Below, piece after piece: positions 11,023 to 23,885 of a stretch of DNA of 64,000 nt (position 1 is its first letter; the number at the start of each line of letters is the position of its first letter). The notes beneath the pieces were generated by a model. That model ran no database searches and was not told the DNA's origin. It worked only from the letters and a program-made list of their open reading frames with translations. Source of the stretch: Utricularia gibba (taxonomy: Eukaryota; Plantae; Magnoliophyta); contig NEEC01000002.1 in NCBI GenBank assembly GCA_002189035.1, positions 6,758,001 to 6,822,000 of the forward strand. The letters are read 5' to 3'. Position numbers and translations under genes: made by a program.

Positions 11023-13967
11023 ATGACGGCATTGTCACCGCCCGAAGCGGCGTCGCAGGACGATATGTCTACGGCGATGTCGAATATTCTACCTCTGGCG
11101 TCTGCCGAGCAGCAGCCTTATGTGTCGGAGCTTCTCTCCTTCACTCTAGATCGTCTTCACAAGGTTATACACAACCAAATTTTGCTTGATTATGCCTTCA
11201 ATAGGTTGTGATTTGATGCTTCTTGCGTATGAAGGAGCCCGAATTGTTGAGGGTGGATGCGGAGAGAATACGTCGGCAGATGCAAGAAGTGGCGGTGAGT
11301 AATTATAGGGCATTTGTCGCGGCGGCAGAGGCTTTGTTGGAGATCCGGGAGGAGGTTTCTTCTATTGATAAGCATCTAGAATCCCTGGTATTGTTTTTAT
11401 GCTTTCTGTTTTCATTTTGGAGCTAATTTTTGCGGATTCTGTAGTTGTTGCTAGTGTTCTGCCAAGTGATTTTTTAGTAAGAATCCAAGATGTGAATTGC
11501 AGAAAACCTACGATTGAAAATGTGAACTTGACGGTTGAATTTCCAAGTGTGGCTTAGTTAAGATGGAGCTACACTTGGATAACGTAAATATTGAGTGATA
11601 TTTATATGCTTGTGAAATGGTGGTCTCTCTTTTTTCAGATCGGCGGAATTCCAAAGCTAACATCATGCTGCGCTGAGTTTGTTGATTCAGCTGCACAAAT
11701 TTTGGAGAAAAGGAAGATGAATCAAACACTACTGGCAAACCACAGTACATTGCTTGATTTGCTTGAAATCCCACATCTCATGGACACGTACGGCTATGCC
11801 TTATCTTAGAGCTTGTTTAATCGTCTCTCATATACCTCAGTCATCTCACCAACTAAAGTTAAATCTTTACTCTCACGACAGATGTGTGAGGAATGGCAAT
11901 TATGATGAAGCTCTTGACTTAGTAGCGTTTGTATCTAAACTTACCACCCTGCACCCAAAGTAAGCTACTTGCAGCCAAATTCATTCTTTTGGTTTTTCTC
12001 CCTTTTATTGAAACTAATGTACGTTTTTATTTTCTTCATAAAAAAAAACAGAATCCCTGTGATTCAGGATTTGGCTGCTGAAGTTCGGCAAGCCACTCAG
12101 TCCCTTCTTTATCAGCTTCTCCAGAAACTCAGATCCAGCATCCAGGTTTCTTGGTTAATTTGTAGCCTTTTTATTTTTTATGCTTCCAATTGCATGGAAA
12201 ATCATTGTACATGTTCACCTAAATGTTGTACTTGTTTCAAATATAATTAAAATTTAAATATGATAACTCTTGCAGTTGCCAGAATGCCTCAGGATAATTG
12301 GGTACTTGCGCAGAATTGGAGTTTTTAGTGAATATGAAATACGTTTGCAGGTACAAAGTTCTAATTTTCCTTTCCTGATCTCTCTGGTAATTATGCATAA
12401 TTTTTTTCATGACATTCCATTTCTGAAGATGTATATTGTCTTTACTGGGTTAGTTTTTGCAATGCCGGGAGTCCTGGTTCATTGGAATGCTTGATGATTT
12501 GGACCAAAGTAATCCATATGAATATTTGAAGGGAATGGTAAAATGTCACAGAATGCATCTTTTTGATGTCGTCAACCAGTACAGAGCCACATTTGCTGAT
12601 GATACAGCAGGGAATGAGGGAAATAACGATGGTGGCCTTCTCTTCGACTGGGCCATGCATCAAATTATCTTGCATTTGAAGACATTGAAAGTCATGCTCC
12701 CAAAAATAACTGAAGGTGGATCGTTGTCCAATATTTTGGATCAGTGTATGGTAAGAGTCTTTGTTGTTCTCCTCTAACCTTACCTTACACACAAGTGCTA
12801 CCTTTTGGATTCGAAATCCTGCTTGCCAGGATACAATTCTTCATATATCGTGGGCCTACACCTAATCTTATCCTCATTTTCTTGTCGTGCAGTATTGTGC
12901 CATGGGCCTTGGTTGGGTTGGGTTGGACTTCCGGGGACTGCTTCCCCCACTTTTCGAGGAGTAAGCATTTAATCTAGTATTTTTCGTTTCGTTTTCATAC
13001 ATCTGTATGTGGAATGCTTTACATATGATTGCATTTTTCAATAGAGCAGTACTCAGTTTGTTTACCAAGAACATCAGTACAGCTGTAGATAATTTTCAGG
13101 TATCTCTTTATACATGTCTCAGTTTATCAAGTTATGTACCCTGCCTACTATCACTGGCAATACATGATCCTTGTTCCATGATGATGATTTTTCGTGTCTC
13201 CAGTTAGTCTTGGATTCACATCGTTGGGTCCCCTTGCCTGCTGTTGGCTTCCCTGCCAGTAGCCTTGGTGAAGAGAACGCTGATGACACCCCACCTCCCT
13301 CATCTCTTATGGAGCATCTTCCTATTGCCGTTTTTACCAATGGTGAATATGAGTTTTCCCAGCAAACTACCAATGATAAATTTGGGGCCTCAACAAGCCT
13401 AATCTCCCCATGTTATGATCGCAGGTGTGTCCGCAGCAATGAATGAACTGCGCCCTTGTGCTCCATTAAGCTTGAAAAACGTGCTAGCTGAGGAACTTGT
13501 CAAGGGCTTGCAGGCAGTGTCGGACTCTCTACTCAGATACAATACAACCAGAATGCTAAGGGACAACGAATCCGTTCTTTTCATCAAACTCTGCCAAGCC
13601 TTCGTCGAGGTTCGGACTCTTTCCTTATGGCATCATAAAAGTCTTCATCACTTGTTTGTTCTACAGCCACCCTAACCATCTCCATCACTTGCAGATTGCT
13701 TTCCCCCATTGTGCTACATGCTTCGGCCGCTGCTACCCCGGTGGATCCGCCCTCATTTTAGATGCCAAGAACTCGTTCGACGGCATAAACCGGCTCTTAG
13801 GATCTGTACAATCAAGAACACTTCCGAAGCCTGCCCCGGAGGCAGGAAACAGCAGCATCAAGGAGAATGGCAGCGTCTCTGTCAAGGAAAATGGTGTTGC
13901 TCACGATGTCGATGCCGCCCCAAGTTCCAACCCAGACCAGGGCAACGTGAACTCATCTTCTCCATGA
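11023..13967 (+). CDS. COG8: Conserved oligomeric Golgi complex subunit 8 (Dor1-like), 12 exons
   Basis: The spliced frame is intact: [18 protein letters not shown]|[21 protein letters not shown]...|[13 protein letters not shown]...|[21 protein letters not shown]...|[23 protein letters not shown]|...[12 protein letters not shown]...|[13 protein letters not shown]...|[17 protein letters not shown], all with GT-AG boundaries. The start could alternatively be ATG 11065. Confidence 0.93.
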
Positions 13968-14610
13968 GAGAGCAAACCAGATGCTCAGAGGTAAAACACA
14001 TACCCATATTGTATACTCCATTTATTTAGGCAAGGGGATGAGGGTGGGGGTGTCAGAGAGTCAAAATGTACCGTGAATTGGAATACTGTTTATGACATCT
14101 CTACTGGGGGAAGGGACTTTAATTGCTGCTGCGTCTTTTAAGCTTCTGGTGTGTCTGGAGAATGCCTTTTTGCCTCACGGATTTCTTGTGGCTCCATTAA
14201 TGGTTTATTCCCCCACTAGCTACTTCTCCACAAAAACAGGTAAAAAAACCGCTCTACGGAGTTGAAGTCATGCCCATATTACCCCAAATGAACAGGGGTA
14301 TTTACACATCTCGTTACCCTTTTACGAATGTGTGAGAAATTTGGTCATTTTCAGTATACTTGCTGATGCACCCAAAACGTGAGGTTGGAGGAGACCTTGA
14401 AGTTTCGCCAGTTGCAGAAAACTTCAAGGTTGAAGCTATCATAAGATTTAATTATGCTTTTAAATTAAATATTTATATAAAATAAAAATAATTATTAAAA
14501 TTAATTAAAAAAGAGTGTAAATGGTGTACTAATTGCCCATAAACGAGAAGGTAAGTCCTTTTGTGTTTTGGGCCTTTAAATTAATTCCTGGACTGGTCTG
14601 AATTCGGAAG

Positions 14611-14782
14611 GCGGCCCATTAGTGGGGAAAATCCTAATTTGGGAAATACTTACTGGGCCCCACGATCCATGCTTGAGAGTAGAATACGCGGCCCATTAGT
14701 GGGGAAAATCCTAATTTGGGAAATACTTACCTAATTTGGGAAATACTTACTGGGCCACGATCCATGCTTGAGAGTAGAATAC
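14611..14782. repeat. Tandem duplication of a 77-bp promoter unit; the second copy carries an internal 20-bp duplication
   Basis: Unit GCGGCCCATTAGTGGGGAAAATCCTAATTTGGGAAATACTTACTGGGCC(CC)ACGATCCATGCTTGAGAGTAGAATAC at 14611-14687 and 14688-14782. CTAATTTGGGAAATACTTAC is doubled in copy 2. Confidence 0.9.
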
Positions 14783-15576
14783 GGCGTCGTTCTCAATCAG
14801 ACAGACAAGGGGTTGGTTGGTTACATCTGCACACCTCCTGGACAGAACGGAATACGAGTTCAATCCGAACTCCTGGCCAGCGCGGCGGATTCGTCTCTTG
14901 ACACTTGGAGAACTTCCCGGCGTGGATTTGAGGATTCTCTACGAAGCTTCTTTGTTCGAATCTTCCGTCCTCGATTGATTATTCAGACGCCATTTTCCCA
15001 AAAGATCTTCATCTGGATTTGGTTTCATATCAGGTTGTTGAAAAATCTGCCCTTTTCGTAAGTTTCTCTAGTTATCTGGTCGTGGGAAGGCTTGTGGTTT
15101 GATCGGATTGTGTAATGGGTTAGCTGTTGTGTTGTACGTGATTGGACTGTGGCTTTGATCGTCAGTTGCTTAGGAGTTTGTGTTTGTTCTCTCCATGGAG
15201 CTTTTGTTAACTGCTGATGTTCTTTTCCCATCAAGGATTTGTGTTTTTTGTTCTTTGTTTTAACATCACGGGCACAGCCAGAATTGATGGCAAAGTTGGT
15301 GTAGGACGCGAGATTCAGTTAGGTTTCCCATCTTTATGCAGCTGGTCGTTGGAGGAGGACTGTGTGAGATGTCGTTAGTGTTCTGTCTCAATAGTCGAGC
15401 CTTTGTTTTTTTTTATTTTTTATGGTGATTCTTTAATAATATTTTCTTATTAAGAAAAACCATGAAGGTAAGCGGCGGTGGAAGAATGGCAAGATATACA
15501 TTTTTTCTTCTAGAAGTGGTTCGTCTTTTCGAGTCGCTTTATGCGTGTACTTATTGTGGATCATATGTTTGCAGTC

Positions 15577-17192
15577 ATGGCTGGAATGGCACCCGAAGGT
15601 TCTCAGTTTGATGCCCGTCAGTATGATGCCAAAATGAGCGATATGTAAGTTGCTGCCTGTTGAATTTTTATTCAACCCTAAGCGCATATTGGAAGTTGTC
15701 GTTTATTGATTGTTAGTTGGTCAGTTTTGTGTTTCTTTGATTGTTTTACTGCAGACTTGGCAATGATGCCAATGAAGCCAATGAATTCTTCACAAGTTAT
15801 GATGTGGTTCATGAGAGTTTCGATTCCATGGGGTTGTCAGAAAATCTTCTCAGGGGTATTTATGCCTATGGTATGCTGATTACTTTTCTTGAATATATTG
15901 TTAACTTATGTGCTGTTTTTTTGTAAATTTTGGTAGCTATGGGGCTTTAGTTCTTATGTGGTTTGGATCTCTGGTTATTTACATTTTAAGGTTTTGAGAA
16001 GCCCTCTGCAATTCAGCAGAGGGGGATCGTGCCCTTCTGCAAGGGTCTGGACGTGATTCAGCAAGCTCAATCTGGGACCGGGAAAACTGCAACTTTCTGC
16101 TCGGGAATTCTTCAGCAGCTTGACTATAATATAGTTGAGTGCCAGGCTCTGGTTCTAGCTCCTACTCGTGAGCTTGCTCAACAAATTGAGAAAGTTATGA
16201 GGGCACTTGGTGATTATCTTGGAGTCAAGGTACATGCTTGTGTTGGAGGTACCAGTGTTCGTGAAGATCAGCGTATTCTTTCCAGTGGCGTTCATGTTGT
16301 AGTTGGTACGCCAGGCCGTGTGTTTGACATGCTAAGGCGCCAGTCCCTCCGCCCAGATTACATTAAAATATTTGTGTTGGATGAGGCTGATGAGATGCTC
16401 TCTAGGGGGTTTAAGGATCAGGTATCTAACATAACTGCATAATACTTTTCGGCTTTGAGGATTCCTATTCCTATACCGATTCCCATTGCTGTCCGTTTTG
16501 TTTGAATTTTTTCCAAGTAATACGGTACTGGGAAATGACGATTTTTTTTGCTTCAGATCTATGATATCTTCCAGTTGCTGCCGCCTAAGATCCAAGTGGG
16601 TGTATTCTCTGCCACAATGCCACCAGAAGCACTTGAAATCACAAGGAAGTTTATGAACAAGCCTGTGCGCATCCTGGTAAAACGTGATGAGCTCACCCTT
16701 GAGGGTATCAAGCAGTTCTATGTGAATGTTGATAAAGAGGATTATAAGTTGGATACCCTCTGTGATCTTTACGAGACCCTGGCCATCACTCAGAGCGTCA
16801 TATTCGTCAACACCAGGCGCAAGGTGGACTGGCTTACGGACAAGATGCGTACACGAGACCACACAGTCTCTGCTACTCATGGTGACATGGATCAAAACAC
16901 CAGAGACATAATCATGAGAGAATTCAGATCTGGTTCATCCCGAGTTCTCATTACAACCGATCTTTTGGCCCGTGGCATTGACGTTCAACAAGTCTCCCTT
17001 GTCATCAACTATGATCTGCCGACCCAGCCCGAGAACTATCTTCATCGTATTGGACGAAGTGGACGGTTTGGGAGGAAAGGTGTGGCCATAAACTTTGTCA
17101 CCACAGATGATGAACGCATGCTTTTCGACATCCAAAGGTTCTATAACGTTGTCATTGAGGAGCTTCCGGCCAACGTTGCTGAGCTTCTGTGA
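15577..17192 (+). CDS. EIF4A: Eukaryotic initiation factor 4A (DEAD-box RNA helicase)
   Basis: Exons 15577-15644, 15755-15870, 15991-16421, 16557-17192. [17 protein letters not shown] start; motifs [31 protein letters not shown] probable 5'-UTR intron runs from a donor at ~15058 to 15574. Confidence 0.98.
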
Positions 17193-18338
17193 TGTGGGCC
17201 ATGTTCAAGGTAATATGATGCTTCTTGTGGCCTGTTTTCTTCTGGGTTTTTTAGCTTCTCTTGCAGTGGAGCTTTTGTGATGCATGATGATGAGCCCCTT
17301 TGCCAGGGAATCCAATTTGCCTTTCCACTGCCGCTTATAAGAACTCTGCTTGCTGTGGTTTTCGTTTCATTGTAAGAAATAACTGACTTGTCTTGTGTGG
17401 GCTGAAGACTTGAGACCGAGTCTCTGTATTGAACGCTTTATGAGTATATATATATGAATCTTGAGGTTTGCACAGTTTCTTGCCAATTAATATTTATGGT
17501 AAAAGTTTGTAAGGAAACATAATAAAATATGCAACCAAGTTGTTCCAAGAATGACTTTTCCTCAAAAAAAATCTCAGCAAGAAGAGATTTTTTTGTTTCA
17601 AAAAGAGCTTGACTGCATGAAAAGTCAAATTCGTTAACAGTTTGGGGATCAAGAAAATCTGAAAACCATCTCATGTTGAATGAGGGCTGTTTCGTGTATC
17701 AAAAGGAGTAAGATTTTTTGAAAAAGAAAAAGCTTGAGTGCTCCGTATTCCCTTTCTGATATCGCGAACTGAAGCGGGCCAGGCCGGAATCATCGGGGAA
17801 AGAGGGGAGGCGAAAAATATTGCGCACCCCACGAAAATCTCCCACAACACGCCCCTTCATACATTCATTCCCTCAAGGGAGATCGGTTTTCAGAAGAAAA
17901 GGAAGGTTCTTGGAGGCTCTGCCATCTGGGCAACATTTGATTTGCGAGATCTCAGTGAATTTATTTATTTGGGATTCGTGTTGTTGAGAAAGTTTGGTGC
18001 TTTGGGTTTGATTTTCGTTTGTGGGTTACTGTGTTTTGGGTTGCAAGGGAAGGGTGGCTGGTTCGTCTCCAATACTTGTTGATATTTGATGAGCCTTGTT
18101 CTTGTTGAAGGATCGCCGCTTGTGAACATAGATCCTGTTCCCAGGCCCTCAGTCCTTCCTCTTGAACAGAAAAAGTTTCGCTTCTCTATCCCGAGACACA
18201 GATGGGATAGGGAGTTTTATCAGCTGCAAGGTGGATTTGGATTCGACAGTAGAATACACATTCCTGTATATTCTCATATTTGGCTGCAATTGAAGAAATA
18301 ATTGGTCTTCTTTTGAACTATTCTGGAGATATTCTACA

Positions 18339-19911
18339 ATGGTTTCTTCACAAGGACCTACCTTGTCTCCACAAGTTACTGGTTTTGCAGATAGATCTTC
18401 TGCTCATACAGAGATCAAGTATTTAGACAGAATCCCCGTCTTTGTTAAGGAGTTGATCGCCGGCGGTACGGCTGGCGCTATCGCAAAAACTGCAGTTGCT
18501 CCTTTAGAAAGAGTCAAAATACTTTTGCAGGTGAGCTTGAAACAGAGGCAAAATAAAATCCATGGAAATATTTGATGGTGGCTCAGTTTTGTTATCCAAT
18601 TGATGCCTAATTTCGCTTACTTTTTTCTCATTTGATTGTCTATGAGCATCTAAATCCACACCTTGCTGCTTTTTCCAGACAAGGACAAAAGGGTATCATT
18701 CTCTTGGAGTCTGCTCATCACTCCAGAAGCTTCTGAACAGTGAGGGGATTGCAGGATTTTACAAGTAAACCTTCAACCAAACTTTCATCCAAGCTCTTGT
18801 TTGTTTCACCATCCATAGCAATATCTCCTGTTTTTGTTAATGATCCAGAGGGAATGGAGCCAGTGTGCTTCGCATCGTCCCCTATGCCGCATTGCATTTC
18901 ATGACTTATGAACATTACCGTGTATGGATTCTGGATAACTGCTCAGCATTAGGAACTGGTCCGATTGTAGATCTTCTAGCGGGTTCTGCTGCTGGTGGCA
19001 CAGCAGTTCTGTGTACATATCCATTGGACTTGGCACGCACCAAACTCGCTTACCAGGTGATCACACTCCTTCCATGCTCTGTTTTCTTGCACTGAACCTG
19101 ATGAAGATGACGGATCCCCCTTTTCCGACCACCCTTTCAGGTTGTAGACACTACAGGGGCGATCAACAATGGGGCAAGGCAGACAACTGCCCGTCCTAAT
19201 TACAGTGGAGTTGGGAATGTGATTGAACGCGTGTACAGAGATGGTGGATTCCGAGGGCTTTATAGAGGCATAGGTAAGAAACCACACATATCTCTAAATC
19301 TGTTTCCTGTGATCCGAGGATCTCACGCTTCCCGCAGGCCCGACGCTCATCGGAATCCTCCCGTACGCCGGACTGAAGTTCTACGTGTACGAGGAGCTCA
19401 AAATGCATGTCCCGGAAGACTATCAGAAGTCCATCTCTATGAGACTCTCCTGTGGAGCTCTGGCCGGCTTATTCGGGCAGACGTTAACTTACCCCTTGGA
19501 CGTGATCAGACGGCAGATGCAGGTGCTGTACATGGTTTGTCGTTCAGAGTAACGATGGAGATTTCGCTTACATGCAGCGCCGTCTCTGTTCAGGTGGAAC
19601 AGCAGCAACTGGCCTCCTGTGGAGAGCGTGCCGGCCACAGAAACACGGTGGATGGGCTTCTCTTCATCGTTCGGAATCAAGGGTGGAGGCAACTCTTCGC
19701 CGGCCTGAGTATCAATTACATCAAGGTATAGTAAACGGCCGGCGGGCTATATCCGAATATATAGTGATCTCGTATCTGAATCATTTTCCGTAAACTCCGT
19801 CATTCGGGATAGGTTGTTCCGTCCGTGGCGATCGGATTCACCGTCTACGATTCGATGAAGATATGGCTCGACGTTCCGGCTCGCCATAAGCAGAACTCGA
19901 GCTCTGTGTAG
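18339..19911 (+). CDS. COAC1: Mitochondrial carrier, CoA transporter (COAC1-like / SLC25A42-like), 7 exons
   Basis: The spliced frame is intact: [26 protein letters not shown]|TRT...FYK|[21 protein letters not shown]...[13 protein letters not shown]|...|[15 protein letters not shown]...[11 protein letters not shown]|...[11 protein letters not shown]|[19 protein letters not shown] at 19909-19911. Orthology is assigned from remembered sequence. Confidence 0.88.
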
Positions 19912-20780
19912 TAGCATCGAATCGACTCTCAGGGCGGCCGGAAGAAGCTCCGTGCGTGCATGCGCTTTCTTAACGTTTATGGGTGAAGGCTTTTTTTTTT
20001 TTTTGGATTTTAGTTGCAATTAAATTCTATTTAATTTTAGAAAGTTAAAATATCCTAATTCGAAATTTTAGAACGTTCTAGATGTAAATTTTATCAGTTT
20101 ACTGTTATTATTCTTATATCTTTAAATTATAATTTAAAAATCGATGGGCTATAAATTGGCCCCTAAAGACCCATGGTGGCGTCAACACCGGGAGCGGAGC
20201 TGCGATAGGAACGATGCGACCGAGGCGCGGATCCGCCGCCGTATATCGGAATGTCAGGTGCAGCCGTTCATCTTGTTGCATGTCCCGACAGCTTCTCTCC
20301 GACGTACTCGCGGCGCTCAATTCCGCCTCGGCGGCGCGTTTGTCGCGTGCCTGAACTTGTGCAAGTCGGTGCTCTGCCTAGCGAACTCTCAATTCAGAAT
20401 AGGGTTCTGAATCAATCAACCCGATCCACCAAATGGGGTAAGCCGTTCTCGGGATCAACTAGTGGGTGCATTCCTTGCCAAGATTCTGCAGTGCAGAATA
20501 TACATGAAATCTAGAAACCATGACAAAGCAGGGGCAGTTTGGCAGATTATCTTTGTGTTGCAGAGTGCCATTACAGCGAAAATTTACTACAGAAACAAAA
20601 CAAAAGCTGTAATGGCTATGGTGGTATTCGCCTCCGCGTTATTGTGTCGATAGCAGCAGCCCTAAACCATTCTCACTCCCTACTGTTACTTTCAGGTACA
20701 AAGAATGCAGCGCTGCAGCATCAGAGTCCCTTCTGGCTTCTGGCTCCAGCTTCGATTCACCGCCGGATCGGAAACGCCCT

Positions 20781-22220
20781 TCAGGTCGGATGCGGATCCG
20801 GATCCTTCACCTCAGTGTTGAAAACGAAGCTCGGAAATCTCGCCGTTACGTCGCTGAGGCACCCAAACCCACCATTGGCTCAGCGCAACAAATGCAATGG
20901 ACAAGCAGATTCTGAAAGTAAGTAGCAGGCATACCGTAAATAAGGCAGAGTCATGTGGTTCAGAAGAGAGGGATACTGCTTGACGAATGCCTTCCAGTCT
21001 TCTTTGTTGATTTTGCCATCCTTGTCAGCATCTGCTTCCAGAAACGTCTGATCCAAAAGAATGGCAGTTTGAAGTAAGCACAAGCACATTCAGGGAGAAG
21101 AAGTTCGAGCTTGTTCTATGTAACAGAGCAAGCCTTTTTCATGTTTTGAACATGCCTTGTTGGTTACATGCTGAAGAACTTCATCGGATATATCCAAATT
21201 GGACTCTTTCAGAATAGCAGCAACCATCTGCTCCACCTGAATGAAGCAGAAAAAAGCCAACTTTCCTTCAGAATACTTCTGGGTAGACATGAAAATAGTA
21301 GTTGCTCACCTCCTCTCGTTCAATGAATCCCGTCTGTCTGAGATCATAGAGTTTGAAGGAAACTGCAGAAGAGCAGAAGCATTAGAGCGCAGAGATGATG
21401 ATGAGTTCAACCTTCTTCTTCATTTCTTACAGTCTAGCTTTAGATCCGGGGAGGCTCGGGGATGGAATACGTTGAGGGATCGAATAAATTCCTCGAAATC
21501 GATAACCCCATTTCTTTTTTGATCAAAGAGATCAAACACCTGCGGTAAAAACGAACCAGGATCAGACAATGAAAGCAATTGTGTCAGGGATGCAAGCAAG
21601 TACCCGATCTAGGAAAAGGTTTTCCCCAAGTGGCGTCTTGAACAAGGCTAGGCGAAGCTCTTCCTGCACATCACAACACAGAAACATGACGAAGAGGAAC
21701 AGATACCAAATCAGCAATACATGTGGGGAATCACGGTCACCCACCTTATGGATGGAACCGTCATCAATGATCGAACGGCTCAGCTTCTTAAACAGCTCAT
21801 TCAGCGCCTCCACTTCATTTACCGTAACTGCAATCAAGATTAGAGCTTTAACAAACATAAAGAAGAAGAAGAAGAAGAACCCGCAAGGGATCCATAAACC
21901 GAAATAAGCCATTTCCCAACTCCGTACATTCAGTTTCTTCAGAGAGACGCTCGATATCCCTGAACCCAAATCGCGGCTTCTGGGCGGCCCTCGACGGCTT
22001 GGGTTCGCAGAATCGGGCTAAGGCGTAAACCACGGCATCGACCACGAGAATCACCGGAAAAAACGCCCCACAAATCTTCTCCCCCAGACTCAGCGAACTC
22101 GATGCCTGTTTGTCTCCCCCAAAACAGAACGAATCAAACCCCACCCACCAAAAAAAAGGATCAAAATCAGCAAATGAACGAATCTGCACGTACCAAAGAG
22201 CCACCCCAGCTGGAATCCAT
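20781..22220 (-). CDS. CBL10: Calcineurin B-like calcium sensor 10 (N-terminal TM helix, EF hands), 9 exons, one GC-AG intron
   Basis: Exons 22220-22194, 22105-21928, 21827-21745 (83 nt), 21663-21604 (60), 21539-21431 (109), 21362-21310 (53), 21236-21156 (81), 21047-20935 (113), 20853-20781. The 83/60/109/53/81/113 series is the CBL exon pattern as I remember it. Hydrophobic N-terminus ([20 protein letters not shown]) and C-terminal [10 protein letters not shown] motif. Confidence 0.93.
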
Positions 22221-23885
22221 GAAGCCGCCGTGGAGGTGCGAGCCGCCTAACTTCACGATTTGCCTGAAATTGAATAATCATTTTGGAATTTCTGTAAAAT
22301 ATTAATATTCATTTTTTAAAATTCTTAAATCAGTAAAATACAAAAATAGTAAAGGTTCAAATTCACCATCATTTACAAATATACTATTTAAAATATTAAA
22401 ATAAAAAAATGAACTTTTTTTGTAAATAACTTTCAATAAACACGTAACTTTCCCACACGATCTCATTTCAATTCCATATTATTCCTCCATCCTTTTCCTT
22501 TCCCTCTGCTTTCAAAACAAAACTAGACAAGACAAATTCAAGTTGTATATCGATAAGAAAAAAATGTATTCAGTTTAAATCATTTTAAAATATAAAAAAA
22601 TAAATTATAATTCAATCACGTTTTAATTACAATCGGATCATGATCACGATACATAATTTATTTATATGAGAATCCACTTTTGCAGTTGAGGGGAAGGATC
22701 CGCATGAAAAATATTTATTTATTTTTATTTTTGTGAATTAATTTTTTTAATTTATTGTCCCCAGGTTCAATGGATCCTATTATGTGTGGGCCCCATCCCA
22801 ACCTGGTTTTGAAGACCGCGTTGCGTGTGAGTCACATTTTGATGACGTAAGAAACCAATCATTTATAAGGTGTGGGGTCCGCACGCGCTTGGCGAACCGG
22901 TGGGGCCCTTTCACTCGTCTTATCCCCTTGACGAAAATTCAAATCAACATACTTCCGGCGGCCCAGCTGGGGACGGGCTGGACGGAAATGTGAAGCCCAT
23001 TTGATTATTGGGCTTTGGGTCGGAGCAGTCGGGATACATAACGCCGGTAGCCTTTCGCCGGTGCGGGCATCACGGCGGCCGGCGGTGAAAATGAATGTTA
23101 TTTTAGTAACATTCAATTCGGGTATAGATTCGATTAAATTTTAATTTATAATTAAATTAAAAAATTGAATTAAATAATATTTTTTTATTTTTTCAAATAT
23201 TATAATATATAATTAAAAATTATCCAAATCTTAACTCTGTTTTAAAGGACTACTGGTTATAGATTCATGGAAAAAAAAATGTGATGCGCAAATTTCGAGA
23301 ATTGAAATGGCGAGTTGGCGACAAGGAGAGGGAGCCAATGCCCAATAGTGAGGTGCCCTAGGCCACCGTATTGATTGACTAGCCAATCGCCTGGCTGGGT
23401 TTCGCCGTCGAAGCGGCGCCGCTGGCGAACCTCTACGTCGCCATTGTCGTTGTCGGTTAATCTGCAACCGAGAATCTGGTAATCGCCGTGCGTTTTTTTT
23501 TTCTTTCTTTTGCGGGCAAGTGAAATGGTCCTCGTCTGAGAATCCATTAGGCAGGCGTGGCTTTGAATATTCGTTTGCTTCAGAGGGAGGTCATGTCTGC
23601 TTTTAAAGTTGAAAAGAAAATTATCTGGGATAATTGGGGCGCTACATGTTTGTTGTGCCGTTTTTTTTATTTGGTGAGCTTTGTGTTGTTGTTTGTGGGA
23701 AACCTTGTTTTGTTACAATTCGTGGGTGGTGTATAAGCGTAACACTGTTGAATTTTATGCTAATCTCCTGTTTTCGTTGCTGCTTGACTAACTTCTGGTT
23801 TCTAAATGGGTGTCTCGGAAGTTCTAAACTACGTTGTTGAATCGCTTATTTCTAATATAGGTTGAGTATTTCATGAGGCTTTAGT

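Noticed and set aside
16332-16895. 187-aa minus-strand ORF
   Set aside because: It is the antisense shadow of eIF4A coding exons.
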